This document shows, in pieces, positions 25,201 through 37,429 of a stretch of DNA of 64,000 nt. This DNA is from Vicugna vicugna (taxonomy: Eukaryota): assembly GCA_013265495.1 (NCBI GenBank), contig MU058423.1, positions 323,061 to 387,060 of the forward strand. The letters are read 5' to 3'. The notes beneath the pieces were generated by a model that was not told the DNA's origin, did not search any database, and was given only the letters and a program-made list of their open reading frames with translations. The stretch's first letter is position 1, and each line of letters starts with the position of its first letter. The translations under genes were made by a program, and so were the position numbers.

Positions 25201-26249
25201 CACAGTGCACAGTGCACTGGACTGAAAGAAATCAGTTTTTTACCCCCAGCTCAACCATGCACAATTTTCATGACTCTGCATATCACTTTCCCACTCCTGG
25301 CCTCAGTTTCCTCACTGGTGAGACAAGTAGAGTGGGTGTCTATTTCCCTCTGTTCGGGCCTCTTTTTGTCTTTATCCCACCCTGTTGTCCGAGTCTTCTG
25401 CTTCTCTGCTTCCTAAATTTGACCCTGAAGTTAGGACTCTAACCTCCTTCAGACCCCAGTGGGAAGGGATCTCTGTTACTATCAGCCAGCAGGCCCCCAA
25501 AGGAGAACTCCTCACTTCTTTACCCTCTTAAACATCAGGGTAGATGAGGTCCCTTTCTGGGGCCATGTCTGGGATACAAACCAGATTAGCTCATCTCTCT
25601 AATCCTCTTTGTGCTGGGGCCTCTGCCAGGCAGGGACACCCACAGCGCAGAGAGAGGGTGTGTGTGTGTGTGAGTGTGTGCACATTCTTGGAGAAGGCAG
25701 GACCAAGGTTCTCCTCCCTCTGTTACCCCTCCTGCCCGAAAAGCCCAAATCAAGCCTCACTGTGTAAGAAATCTCATCAGGCTTGAGCAAATCAGGCTTT
25801 TTTCATAATCCCAGTCTGTTTCTCCCCTTCCCGCCCCATCTCCCTTTCCACAGCCTCTCTTGGGCTGGAGGAATCATTCCAGTCATCCCCCTGTTCCTGA
25901 ACAGCCCAGAAACCACCCCTCCTCCACATGTAACCCATGGCATATGAGCATGTATTCTTCTCCAGTCATTTCAGGAGAATGGTCTTTAAATCCCTTCCAG
26001 AAAAGCCTGGGTGTGTCAGGCAGGGAACAGGGGACAGTGGGGGAGAAGAGGAGCTAGGCAGTCCCCACACTTCACACTAGAAGTTGGAGGCCTCCAGCCC
26101 CTCTCTGAAGTTTCATTCGGAGACGTCTTTCTTGTCTGATAAGATCAAAGCATTCCCTCTGCCAAATCATTACCTTATTTTCGAGGCAATTATAGAACCT
26201 ATTGTATCAATTAGCCTGGTCTCCAGCTGCAGCCGTTTATCTCTGTCTG

Positions 26250-26870
26250 TCGTCGTTCGCCTGCAGAAGAAAGGGTCTGTCCGGCCCCGCCAGCCCGGCC
26301 AGCGAGGGGAGGGCGGGGAGCAAGGCCGAGGCCCGGGGAGCTGTCCGGCGGCTTTCAGCAGGGATCGGGCAGATCGAGGGCAGCCGGGGTGCCCTTGGGG
26401 GGTTTGGAGAGCCGGCCAGCTCCGCCTCGCGCGACCCGCCACTGCTGCGGGAGCGCTCTTTTACGTGGGCGCCACACCTGCACGCCTGATGTGGCCCAGG
26501 AGGGCGAGCCAGCAGAGCCTGAAGGGGGGACAAGGCCAAGCAGGCCAGGCCAGGCCAGGCCAGGGTCCCAGCTCCGCGGAGGAAAACGCTGAGCCGGAGT
26601 CAAGATGCCGGCCCCTTCCCGACTCCCCGGTGGGAGACTCACTCTGTGGGCCGTGCGCCCCGCAGTGGCGTTTCCTGGAAAAGCATGGCAGGGCGAGCTT
26701 CGACTTCGTGGGGACTCGTGCGTTTCAGACTGGAAGAAAACCTTAGGAGGGGGTGTATGGCACCAAAAAGAGGGTGTCCCCGTGGGTGCGGGCAGCGCGG
26801 CCCGCTTTGCCTCTGCCCTGTCTGCAGCCTCTTCCTGCGGAAGAACCACGCCCACACCTGGTGTCGGGGG
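26250..26870. promoter_or_regulatory. Second CpG island ~6 kb upstream of WNT2B (candidate enhancer or alternative promoter)
   Basis: Dense CpG and high GC; includes a (CAGGC)n run at 26541-26564. No recognisable protein-coding content. Confidence 0.7.
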
Positions 26871-26879
26871 TCAGGTGGG

Positions 26880-28200
26880 GTCTGTTCTCAAACGTTTTGG
26901 TCTCAGTATCCCTTTACACTCTTAAAAATTATCGAGAAGCCCAAAGAGTTTTATTTATGTGGTTATATATATCCATACTAAAAATAAAACAAACGCAGGA
27001 GCCAAACTCACATTGCTCCCAGTGGCCAAAACTGGACAATTTGAGCAACAAAATAGTTCTGGATGATAACGCAAAGTATGAAATAAATATACATGAGTTA
27101 TGCATGAGTCCATGCTAATATAAATAAATGACTGAGTAAATAAATAGATGAGGAGAAGAGACAAATCTCACATACAGAAGAATTCCAAATAATGCCCTTA
27201 AGGGGAGAGAGTCTTAACTCCCCATTTCTTAAGTGTGGGCTACAGGTTGTGACTTCTGAGGAGTGTGTGTGTGTGTGTGTGTGTGGCAGGGGAGTAACTT
27301 AACGTGGAGAAACCTAACAGACCTCAGTCAGGTGATCAAGGTCAACATCAACAGTGGTAAGTCAGGTTGATAGTGTGTATCCTTGATATGTGATGAAAAT
27401 GACACTTCACCTCTGTGGTTTTCCTCCCCATAACCCAAGTCTAATTATAAGAAAAACATCACACAAATTCCATCAGAGGGACATTCTGCAAAATACCTGA
27501 CCAGTAAGAACTCCTCAAAACTGTCAAGGTCATTCAAAAACAAGGAAAGTCTGAGAAACTGTCACAGCCAAGAAGCACTTAAGGAGTCATGACAACTAAA
27601 TGTATTGTTGTATCCTGGGTGGGACCCTAGAAAAGAAAAAGGACATTAGGGAAAAACTGAGGAAATCTGAATAAAGCATGGACTTTAGTAAATAATAATA
27701 ATGTATCAATATTGGCTCATTAATTCTGACAAATGCACCACACATTTGTAATGTAAGTAAGATGTTAATAATAGGGGAAACTGGATGTGGGGTATGTGGG
27801 CACTGTGTACTGTCTTTGTAATTTTTCCATAAATCTAAAACTGTTTTAAAAAAGAAAGTTTATTTTAAAAGATTAAAATATTTCAAAACATTTATATATT
27901 TTAATTACTTTAAAATTAACAATAATAAATCCAATACTTGCCAATATTGTAATGTTTTATGAAAAATAACTATAATTTCCCAAAAACAGTGAGAAGAGTG
28001 GCGTTATGTAACAATCTTGCAAATATCTTTAAGGTCTGGCTTAATAGCAGGATTCTCATATTTGCTTCTACATTCAATCTGTTGTGATAGCGCAGGTCTT
28101 ATAGCCTCTGGAAAACACTCTATACTTAAAAGAGAATGAGTGTGAGAAGGTCAAATAACATCTTAGTATTACTATAAACCTCTCTGAGAACTGCTGCTTT
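26880..28200 (-). mobile_element. Charlie1-like hAT element split by an inserted L1 (L1MC-like) 3' end at ~27000-27870
   Basis: Left end ctgttctcaaa...tttacactcttaaaaattat; right part gtgagaagagtggc...gtctggcttaatag...ttcaatctgttg...tgagaactgctg. The insert ends in an L1 3'UTR tail (tgttaataataggggaaactgg...aaatctaaaactgtttt aaaa). Confidence 0.65.
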
Positions 28201-29214
28201 AGTGATCTCATCCATTACTGTGATTCTGGATTCCCAATTTGAAATCCCTAGCTTTGAAACATCTCTACTGAGTTCTTCGGTCATGTTTGTCATCACATGC
28301 TTTCCCCCCACCCTCAATCATCTACCATTTCAACACTTCCCGCTCCATGTCAACATGATCATCACTCCTCCAGTCTGTGAAATTAATGTGCAAAAAACAC
28401 TGTGCTTCCTTCCCATTGTGCAAAATTATTTCGTAATGGGACAGTCGCCCCTCTTGTTTTTCCTAAACAGCTGAGAAGTGTCACAACCCTTAAAATGTCA
28501 AATGCTTAATAAATGATTGTTGGATGGCTATAGACAATTTTGGAATCAGAGCACTTTCTTTCTCTCTCTTGCCCCTGCAGTAGCCTGAGTTTCCACCATG
28601 AATGATAACAGTCTGTGATTTAGTAAGTTTGATCTTTGCTTTGCTTTATTTAGCAAAGATTACTTTCTCTCATTCCATAGCCAGGTAAACCCAATTTGGC
28701 CAAGGGATACATTTTTAGGGTAGCTTCCTGACTTCAGAATGTTGGTTTGGGGCATTCAATTTCAGCAGAGATGCTTCCACCACAGAATGCTATTCACAAG
28801 CCACAAGGGCTGCCATCCTGTCAACCAAATAATGAGCCCTGTTGGGCCACTCTGAGCAAGTAGTTCTTGGAGCTTCGGTCTCCCAGATGATCCAGATATC
28901 ACTGTCATTTTCTGAGTCATCTTGTAAATTTTTGTGCCTTGTCTTTTATCATGACTGCACACTGCCATTTTCTTTAATGTCTCTCCCATCTACTATTCTG
29001 TTCCCAGAACCGCTGCCCTCAAGCAGTCCTTAGACCCTCATACCTGAGCTATTAAAGAAACCCCCACTGGTTCTACTCAACCTGCAGGCTCTTCTCCCCA
29101 AACGTCTGCCTTCATCACATTGCTCCCTTATTAGAAAGCTTCACTGGCTCCCCACGGCCTGAATGGCGACATAGAAACTCCCCCAGCCTGTTATCTAAGC
29201 CTTCAGACAATCAG

Positions 29215-29246
29215 CCTTCACTTCACTTCACTTCACTTCACTTCAC
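29215..29246. repeat. (CTTCA)n pentanucleotide microsatellite
   Basis: About 6 perfect copies. Confidence 0.9.
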
Positions 29247-29319
29247 TGTTTTTTCTGTCACTGCTGTCCCCCTTTGTAAAGGCTCTTCTTTAGCCACAAA
29301 GGCATTCATTCTGTGCTTT

Positions 29320-32300
29320 TTTTTTAAATTGAGTTATACTTGACAAATAAAATTGTATATACTTAAAATGTACAACAAAAATGATTGGATGTACAAACAC
29401 ATTATGCAATGATCCTCACAATAAACATATCCATCACTTCATATAGTCCCCTTTTTTTGTGTGTGAGAACACTTACAATCTACTCTCTTAGCAAATTTCA
29501 AGTATACAATACAGTATTATTAACTATAGTCACCGTGCTGAACTTTTGATCCTCAAAACTTATTCCTCTTATAATTCTTACAACTGACAGTTTGTACCCT
29601 TTAATCAAACTCTTCCCATTTCCCCCAACCCCCAGCTCCTGGTAACCACCATTCTACTCTGTTTCTATGAGTTTGACTTTTTTCTTCGATTCCACATGTA
29701 AGTGATACCATACAGTATTTGTCTGTCTGGCTTATTTCACTTAGCATAATGCCCTCAAGTTTCATCCATGTTGTCACAAGTGGGAGGATTTATTTTTTAT
29801 GGTTAAATAATACTCCATTGTATACCGCATTTTCTTTAACCATTCACCTGCTGGTGGGTACTTAGGTGGCTTTCATATCTTGGCTGTCGTGAATAATGCT
29901 GTAATGAACATGGTAGTGCAGGTATCTTTTTGAGATACTGATTTTGCTTCCTTTAGATATATTTCCAGAAATGGAATTGCTGGAACATGTGGTAGTTCTC
30001 TTTTTACTTTTTTGAGGAAACTCCATACTGTTTTCCATAGTGGCTGTACCGGTTTACTTTCCCATCAGCCGTGTACAGGGTAACCCTTGGTCCACATCCT
30101 CGCCAACATTTCTTGTCTATTATCCTTTTGATGATAGCCATCCTAACAGGTGTGAAGTGGTATCTCATTGCACTTCACTGATGATTAACGATGTTGAACA
30201 CCTTTTCATGTACCTCTTGGCCATTTGTATGTCTTCTTTGGACAAAGTTCTATTCAGCTCCCTTGCCCATTTTTTAATTGGATTTTTTTTTCATTTCTTT
30301 TTTGCTATTGAGTTATGAGTTCCTTATATATTTTAGACATCAACCCCTGATCAAATATATGGTTTCCAAATATTTTCTCCCATTCTGTGGGCTGCCTTTT
30401 CATTTTGTTGACTGTTTCCTTTGCTGTGTAGAAGCTTTTTATTTTGATGGAGTCCGACTTGTTTAATTTTATTTCTGTTGCCTATGCTTTTGGCATCTTA
30501 ACAAAAAAATCATTGTCAAGACCAATATCAAAGAGCTTTTCCCTTATGTTTTCTTCTAGGAGTTTTACAGTTCCAGATATTACATTTAAGTCTTTAATGC
30601 ATTTTAATTTTTGTGAATGGGTAAGATAGGGATCCAGTTTCATTCATTTGTATGTGGATATTTAGTTTTCCCATTATCATTTGTTCCCAGTGTGGTCTTG
30701 GTGCCCTTGTCAAATAATAGTTGGCTGCATATGTATAGGGTTTATTTCTGGACTCTCTAGTGTGTTCCATTGGTTTACATGTCTATTTTTATGCTAGTAC
30801 ACTGTTTGGACTACTATAGCTTTGTAATATAGTTTGAAGTCAGGTAGTGTAATGGCTCCATCTTTGTTTTTTCTCAAGATTCCTTTGGCTATTCAGGGTC
30901 TTTTATGGTTTCATACATTTTAGAATTGTTTTTTCTATTTCTATGAAAAATGCTGTTGGAATTTTGATAGAAATTGCATTGAATCTGTAGATCATTTTGG
31001 GTGGTGAGGACATTTAAACAATTTTAATTCTTCCAATCCAAGAACATAAAATAGCTATTTATTTGTGTCATCTTCAATTTCTTTCATCAATGTTTGATAG
31101 TTTTCAGCATATAGGTCTTTCACCTTCTTGGTTAAATTTATTCATAATTTTGTTTTTGATGCTACTGTAAATGGGATTGCCTTCTTCCTTTCTCATTGTT
31201 TTCTGGGTATTTTGTAGTTCCTCTATTTCTTCCTCTCTTGATATCTTTCTTTGTCATTTGATGATTTTCTGTAGTGGTATGCCTTGATTCCTTTCTGTTT
31301 ATGTTTTGTGTATTTATTATAGGTTTTTGCTTTGTGCTTACCATAAAACGCCTTATAGTTATGTCAGTTTATACTGATAACAACTTAGATCACATGCAAA
31401 AATTCTACCCTTTTACTCCTCTCTCACTTTGTGTTTTTGAAGCCACAATTTACATATTTTTATATTTTGTACCATTAACAAATTATTATAGCATTAGTTA
31501 TTTTGTAAATAATTTTGTCTTTTAATCTTTATAGTGGAGTTAAGTGATTTGCACACTATCATTTCAGTAGAGTATTCCAAATTTGCCAATATACTTACTA
31601 GTGAGTTTTATAAAAACTTTCACATTTTTTCATTTTACTAATCAGTATTTCTTGTTGAACTTCTTATTTTGTTCATATATTGTTTTCCTGATTTTGTTGA
31701 ACTGTTTATCTGTATTCTCTTGTAGCTTGCTGAACTTCCTTAAAACAATTATTTTGAATTCTTTGTTGAGGTCTTTGTCTTGCACAGTGTTGAAGTGGTG
31801 TCTGTGTGTGGTAGGGGTTGGACGACAGGGGAGGGGCTGGCAGCCCTGGCCCTTGGGCAGTGTAACAGCAGCTCCTTCTGGTGGAGAGATGTGGCAGCAT
31901 TTTCTTCCCTGGGGGTCTGTGATGGCAATGGCTGTTGGTTATCTCAGTAGTGAAAGTTGCCAGTGTCCTCTGTGGAGCAGGCCACTGGGATCTGCATTGT
32001 CAGCCACGACAGAGTCTAGCACTGTGAAAGCTGCAGGGAGTCCATGGCTGTCAAGGGGGCTGTTTGCATGCTCAGCTGCAAAGCACGGCAGACTGCTGCT
32101 CTGGAGACTGCTCTGTGCTTGCATCTGCTGTCTAGCTAGACTGATAACCCTCAACTTTCTTCTTTGTTCTCAGCTGTTTCCAGATATCTCTGCTAAGCCA
32201 ACCTCCCTAGCAGTCTTTTTTTGTGTGGTTACTCTCCATTTTTCACTCTCTTATGTTGCTGGAGATTCTTAATTGGAAGCTTGAGTTTTCCCAGGTCTAT

Positions 32301-32380
32301 TTGATTTCGTGGATAGCTGTTTAATTTTTGTATTGAGATGAAGGCTGGTATCTTCCACTCTGACATCTTGCTGACAGTAT
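29320..32380 (-). mobile_element. Degraded L1 (3'UTR, ORF2 remnants, internal deletions, 5'-like region)
   Basis: Poly-T tail, then antisense L1MA-type 3'UTR (tctactctcttagcaaatttcaagtatacaatacag) and antisense ORF2 (ttgaggaaactccatactgttttccatagtggctgtacc, gcattgaatctgtagatc). Confidence 0.9.
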
Positions 32381-35313
32381 TTCAAGGCACTTCTCATTTT
32401 TTGCTCTGAACATGCTCTATGCATCTTCAACTCTAAGAAGGTTTTATTTTAACCTATTTACTTTTCCTCTTTTATTGTTTTTAAATCATAAAAGTAATGC
32501 ATTTATGTAGACAAAATACAGCCACATACACGTAGTAAAAAGTGAAAATCCCTTTTACAACCTTATCCTCCATCCATACCCCTTCTTAGAGCTAAGCATA
32601 ATTATTTCCTTTCAGATACTGTTATGTACTTACTATCTTAAAGTCTATGTAATTATTTTCATAGAATTGGCATAAACTACTCATATTATTCCCTTCACAA
32701 CATACTTTGGTTTTCCTTATTTGCTATTCTTTGTAGTTGCCATGTAATGTTCCAAGCTGTGCATATATCATAATTTACTTAACTATTCTATTGATGAACA
32801 TCTAGGTTGTGTCCAGACTTATGGTACAATCCGTATTACACATATATCTTGGAGCCATATGTGAATATTCCTCTAGAAGTGAAACCGCTAGGTCAAAGGG
32901 CATGCCTGTTTTAAGTTTTGATACATATTGCTGTAACGTCCTTTGAAAAGATTGTACCACTTTACAGTTTTAACAATATATTATTGCCAGTTTCCCTATA
33001 ACTTCACCAAATTTGGACATAAACATTTTATTTTTTTCCAATTTTGTGGGCAATTAAGTAGTACCTTATTATTCCATATTTCCCTGATTACCAACGTTTA
33101 ATAGACGTTTATAGTTCTGAGAATTGTCTCCACATAGCCTTTGCCCATTTTGAGTGGCATTTTAAAAAATACTTTATTTTTTAGAGCAGTTTTAGGGTCA
33201 CAGAAAAATTGAGAGGAAAGTGCAGAGATTTCCATATATCCCTTGCCCCTACATATGTACAGCTTTCCCTACTATCAAAATCCTATATCACAGTGGTGCA
33301 TATGTTACAATCTATGTACCTACTTTGACACATCATTATTACTCAAAGTCCATAGTTTACATTAGTGTTTATTCTTGGTGTTGTACATTTTATGAGTTTT
33401 GACAAACATACAATGACATGTATCCACTATTATAGTATCATATAGAATAGTTTGCCTGTCTTAAAAACCCTCTGCTCCCTCTCTCCCCTCAGACACCTGG
33501 TAATCACTGATGCTTTTACTGTTGCCATATTTTGCTTTTTCCAGAATGTCATATAATTGGAATCATATAGTATGTAGCCTTTTCAGATTAGCTTATTTCA
33601 TTTAGTAATTTGTACTTAAGATTCTTCCATGTCTTGATAGCTCATTTCTTTTTAGTGCTGAGTAATATTTCATTGTCTAGATGTACCACATTTTGTTTAT
33701 CAATTCAGTTGCTGAATCGATTGGTTCCATTCCAATGGTTGCTTCCAAGTTTTGGAAGATCATGTAGGAAGAACTGGCCTTTTGGCAATATTGAGTCTTT
33801 CTATCCATGAACATGGACTGTATCTCCATTTATATATTGATTTCATTCATCAGAGTTTTGTAGTTTTCCTCATATACCTCTTGTACATATTTTGTTAGAT
33901 TTATCCCTAAGTATGTCATTTTCAGGGGGTGCTAATGTAAATGGCATTGTGTTTGTAATGTCAAATACCACTTGTTCATTGATGATACATAAAAAAGCTA
34001 TTGGCTTTTGTATATTAACCTTGTATATTGCCTATTAGTTCAAGAAGTTTTTTTGTTGCTGATTCTTTCAGGTTTTCTGTATAGACGATCATGTTTCCTG
34101 TGAGCAAAGACAGTTTTATGTTTTTCTTCCCAGTCAGTATACCTTTTATTTCCTTTTCTTGTTTTATTGCATTAGCTAGGACAACCAGTATGATGTTGAA
34201 AAGAAATGATGAGAAGGAACATTTTGCCTTATTCCTGATCTTAGCAGGAAAGATTCTAGTTTATCATCATCAAGTATGATATTAGCTGTAGATGTTTGGT
34301 CAGCACCATTTCTGATAGAGGGATGTCAAATTCTTCAGCTGTAATAGTGGATTCATCTATTTCTCTTTGTATTTCTATCCATTTTTTCCCTCAGGTATTT
34401 TGATGCTCTGTTGTTAGGTACGCACATTAGGGATTGATAAGTCTTCTGAGAAAAGTGACTCCTTTTTAATTGTGTAATGCCCCTCTTTATTGCTGATAAC
34501 TTTCCTTACTTTGAAGTCTGCTGTCTGAAATTAATATACATCTTTTTTATTTTAAAAACTTTATTGAAGTATAGTTGACTTGCAATATTATGTTAATTTC
34601 CAGCATGCAATATAGTTGCTCCTGCTTTCTTAATGATTAATGTTAGTATCATATATCTTTCTTCATTCATTTACTTTTAATCTATATGTGTCTTTATATT
34701 TAAAATGTATTTCATGTAGACAACATACAACATACGTGGGTCTTGTTTTTTGATCCACCCTGACAATCTCTATCTTTTAATTGGTATATTTAGATCATTG
34801 TCTTTAAAGTGATTATTGATAAAATTGGATTGATATCTACCATATTTGTTTCTGTTTTCTATTCATTGCCCCTGTTCTTTGTTCCTATTTTTGTCTTTCA
34901 TTCATTTTTTTTTTTTTTGCCTTTTATGGTTTTAATTGAGCATTTTATATGATTCTATTTTCTCACCTTAGTATATCAATTATAATTCTTTTAAAACTTT
35001 TGTTAGTGGTTGCCCTAGAGTTTGCAATGTCCATTTATAACTAATCCAAGTCCATTTTCAAATAACACTATCCTGCTTCACAGGTAGTGTGAGTACCTTA
35101 TAATAACAGAAATAATCATAATTCCTCCCTCCTGTTCCTTGTATCAGTGTGTCATTCATTTCTTTTATACATAGATATATGTATACACTTAAGCACACGT
35201 TATTGAATACATCATTACTATTATTATTTTGAACAAACTGTTTTCTGTTAGATTAATTAAGAATAGAAGAAATAAAAGTTTTTACTTTGCCTTCATCTGC
35301 TATTTTTCTGATA

Positions 35314-35627
35314 GAGTCATAGCTCAGTGATTTTTCAGGTTTGGTTCTGGACCGCTGAGATAAAGCAAATGTCACAATGAAGTGAGCCACATGAATTTTT
35401 TGGTTTCCCAGCGCATATAAAAGTTACGTTTACACTATACTGTAGTCTATTAAATGTGCAATAGCATTATGTCTAAAAAGTGCATATCTTAATGAAAAAA
35501 CACTTTAGCGCTAAAAAATCCTAACCATTGTCTGATAATACAGGGTTTCCACAACCTTTGATTTTGTTAAAAATGCAATATCTGGGAAGTATAATAAAGC
35601 AAAATGCAATAAAATAGAGTATGCCTG
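35314..35627 (-). mobile_element. Tigger1-derived MITE, copy 1
   Basis: Both Tigger1 termini (..gagtatgcctg end), flanked by TA on each side; ~315 bp. Confidence 0.8.
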
Positions 35628-35778
35628 TACTCTTTTTTATGTAGATCTAAGTTTCTGACCTATATCATTTTCCTTCTCTGAAGATCTTCTTCTAATATTT
35701 CTTGCAAGGCTGTTCTACTGGCAACAGATTCTCTCAGTTTTTGTTTTTCTAAGGAAGTCTTTATTTGTCCTTCACTTT

Positions 35779-35925
35779 AAAAAAAGTTTTTTTTTCTTGT
35801 TTTCTGTTTGGAGGAGGAGGTAATTAGGGGTATTTATTTATTTTTAATGGAGGTCCTGGGGATTAGACCCTGGACCTCATGTGTGCTAAGCACGTGTTCT
35901 ACCACTGATCTATATCTCCACCCTC
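35779..35925 (-). mobile_element. tRNA-Ala-derived SINE (camelid Vic-1-like) with perfect 11-bp TSD
   Basis: Antisense tRNA-Ala-like head; TSD tccttcacttt at 35768-35778 and 35926-35936. Confidence 0.85.
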
Positions 35926-36161
35926 TCCTTCACTTTCGAAGATGATATCACAGGTACATTTAGGTTGGTAGGGTTTTTCTCTCAACACGTAGTAAATATG
36001 CTGCTCTACTCTCTTCTTGTTTGCATAGTTTCTGAGGAAAAGTCAGATGTAATTTTTATCTTTGCTCTTCTACAGGTAAGGTGATTTTCCCTCTGGTTTC
36101 TTTCAAAATTTTTATCTTTGATTTTCTTTAGTTTGTATAAGATACACCTAGGTGTAATACA

Positions 36162-36470
36162 CAGGCATAACTCCTTATTGTGCTTCATCGCATTGTGCTT
36201 TGCAGATGTTGCATTTTTTGCAAATTGAAGGTTTATGGTAACCCTGCATTGTCAGATGATGGTTAGCATTTTTAGGAATAAAGTATTTTTATTAAGGTAT
36301 GTACATTTTCTTAAACATAACGTTTTGCACACTTTACGGACTATAATATAATATAAATATAGCTTTTATATGTACTGGGAAAGCAAAACATTCATGTGAC
36401 TCTCTGTTGAGATATTTGCTTTATTGTGGCGGTCTGGAACAAAACCCTCAATATCTCCAAGGTACGCCTG
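36162..36470 (+). mobile_element. Tigger1-derived MITE, copy 2
   Basis: caggcataactc...aaattgaaggtttatggtaaccctgc...ggtctggaac...atatctccaaggtacgcctg followed by TA. Confidence 0.85.
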
Positions 36471-37429
36471 TATAGATATTTTACTATTTATCCTGTTTAG
36501 TGTTCTCTGAGCTTCCTGGATCTGTGGCTTGGTATCTGACATTAATTTGGGGAAATTCTCAGTCATTATTGCTTCAAATATTCTGTTCCTTTCTCTCTTT
36601 TCTTTCTGGTATTCCATTAAATATATGTTACACTTTTTGTAGTTTTTGCACATTTCTTAGATATTCTGTTCTGGTTTTTTTTTCTCCATCTTTTTTTTTT
36701 TTAGTTTTGGAAATTTCTATTGAGATATCATCAAGTTCAGAGATTCTTTCCTCAGTTGTGTCCTGTCTACTAATATGCCCATCAAAGGCATTCTTCATTT
36801 CTGTCACAGTGCCTTGATCTCTAGTATTTCCTTTTGATTCTTTCTTAGAATTTCCAGCTCTCTGCTTACATTACGTTATCTGTTCTTGCATGCCATTTTA
36901 TCCATTAGAGTACTTAGTACTTAGTCATAGTTGTTTTAAACTCCTGGTCTGGTACTTCCAGCGTCTCTGCCATATCTGAGTCTCTTTTTGATGCTTTCTG
37001 TCTCTTCAAACTGTGTTTTTGTTTACCTTTTAGTATATCTTGTAATTTTTTCTTGATAGTTGGACATGATGTACTGGGTAAAAAAGAACTTTGGTAAAGA
37101 GGCTTTTAGCAATGTGGTGGTAAGATGTGGAGGGAGAGGAAACATTCGAGAGCCCAAGATTAGGTCTCAGTTTTTTAATGAGCCTGTACCTGTTAACTGT
37201 GAAATTCCCAAGTGCTTCTTAGAACTACTCTCCACCCTGTCACATGGGAAAGAATGAGTAGAGTGAGCCAGAGTTGGGTACATCTCTTTTTCCACATGGA
37301 AGACTGGAGTGGACGGAGTTGCACATGTCCTTTTCCCCTGTTCAGTTTGGCTCTAAAAAACACCAATAGTTTAGGCTCAAGTGAAACAGTTTCTCCTGAG
37401 GGCAGAAGAAACTTCTTAAAAACAGAATG

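Larger units (their letters stand above)
32440..37425 (-). mobile_element. Old L1 (L1MC/MD/ME-like) fragments hosting Tigger1 MITEs and a SINE
   Basis: tttagagcagttttagggtcacagaaaaattgag 3'UTR and antisense ORF2/ORF1 remnants. ORF-track peptides EAIMTENFPKLMSDTKPQIQEAQRT and ITSDFSSETMQTRRE are L1 ORF1p-like. Confidence 0.85.

Noticed and set aside
26084..26746. 220-aa ORF, and the overlapping ORFs in both CpG islands
   Set aside because: Long open frames are expected in GC-rich DNA; the Arg/Gly/Pro/Ala-rich peptides have no recognisable domain.
31583..32272. 229-aa hydrophobic ORF
   Set aside because: Antisense reading of degraded L1 sequence; non-ATG start.
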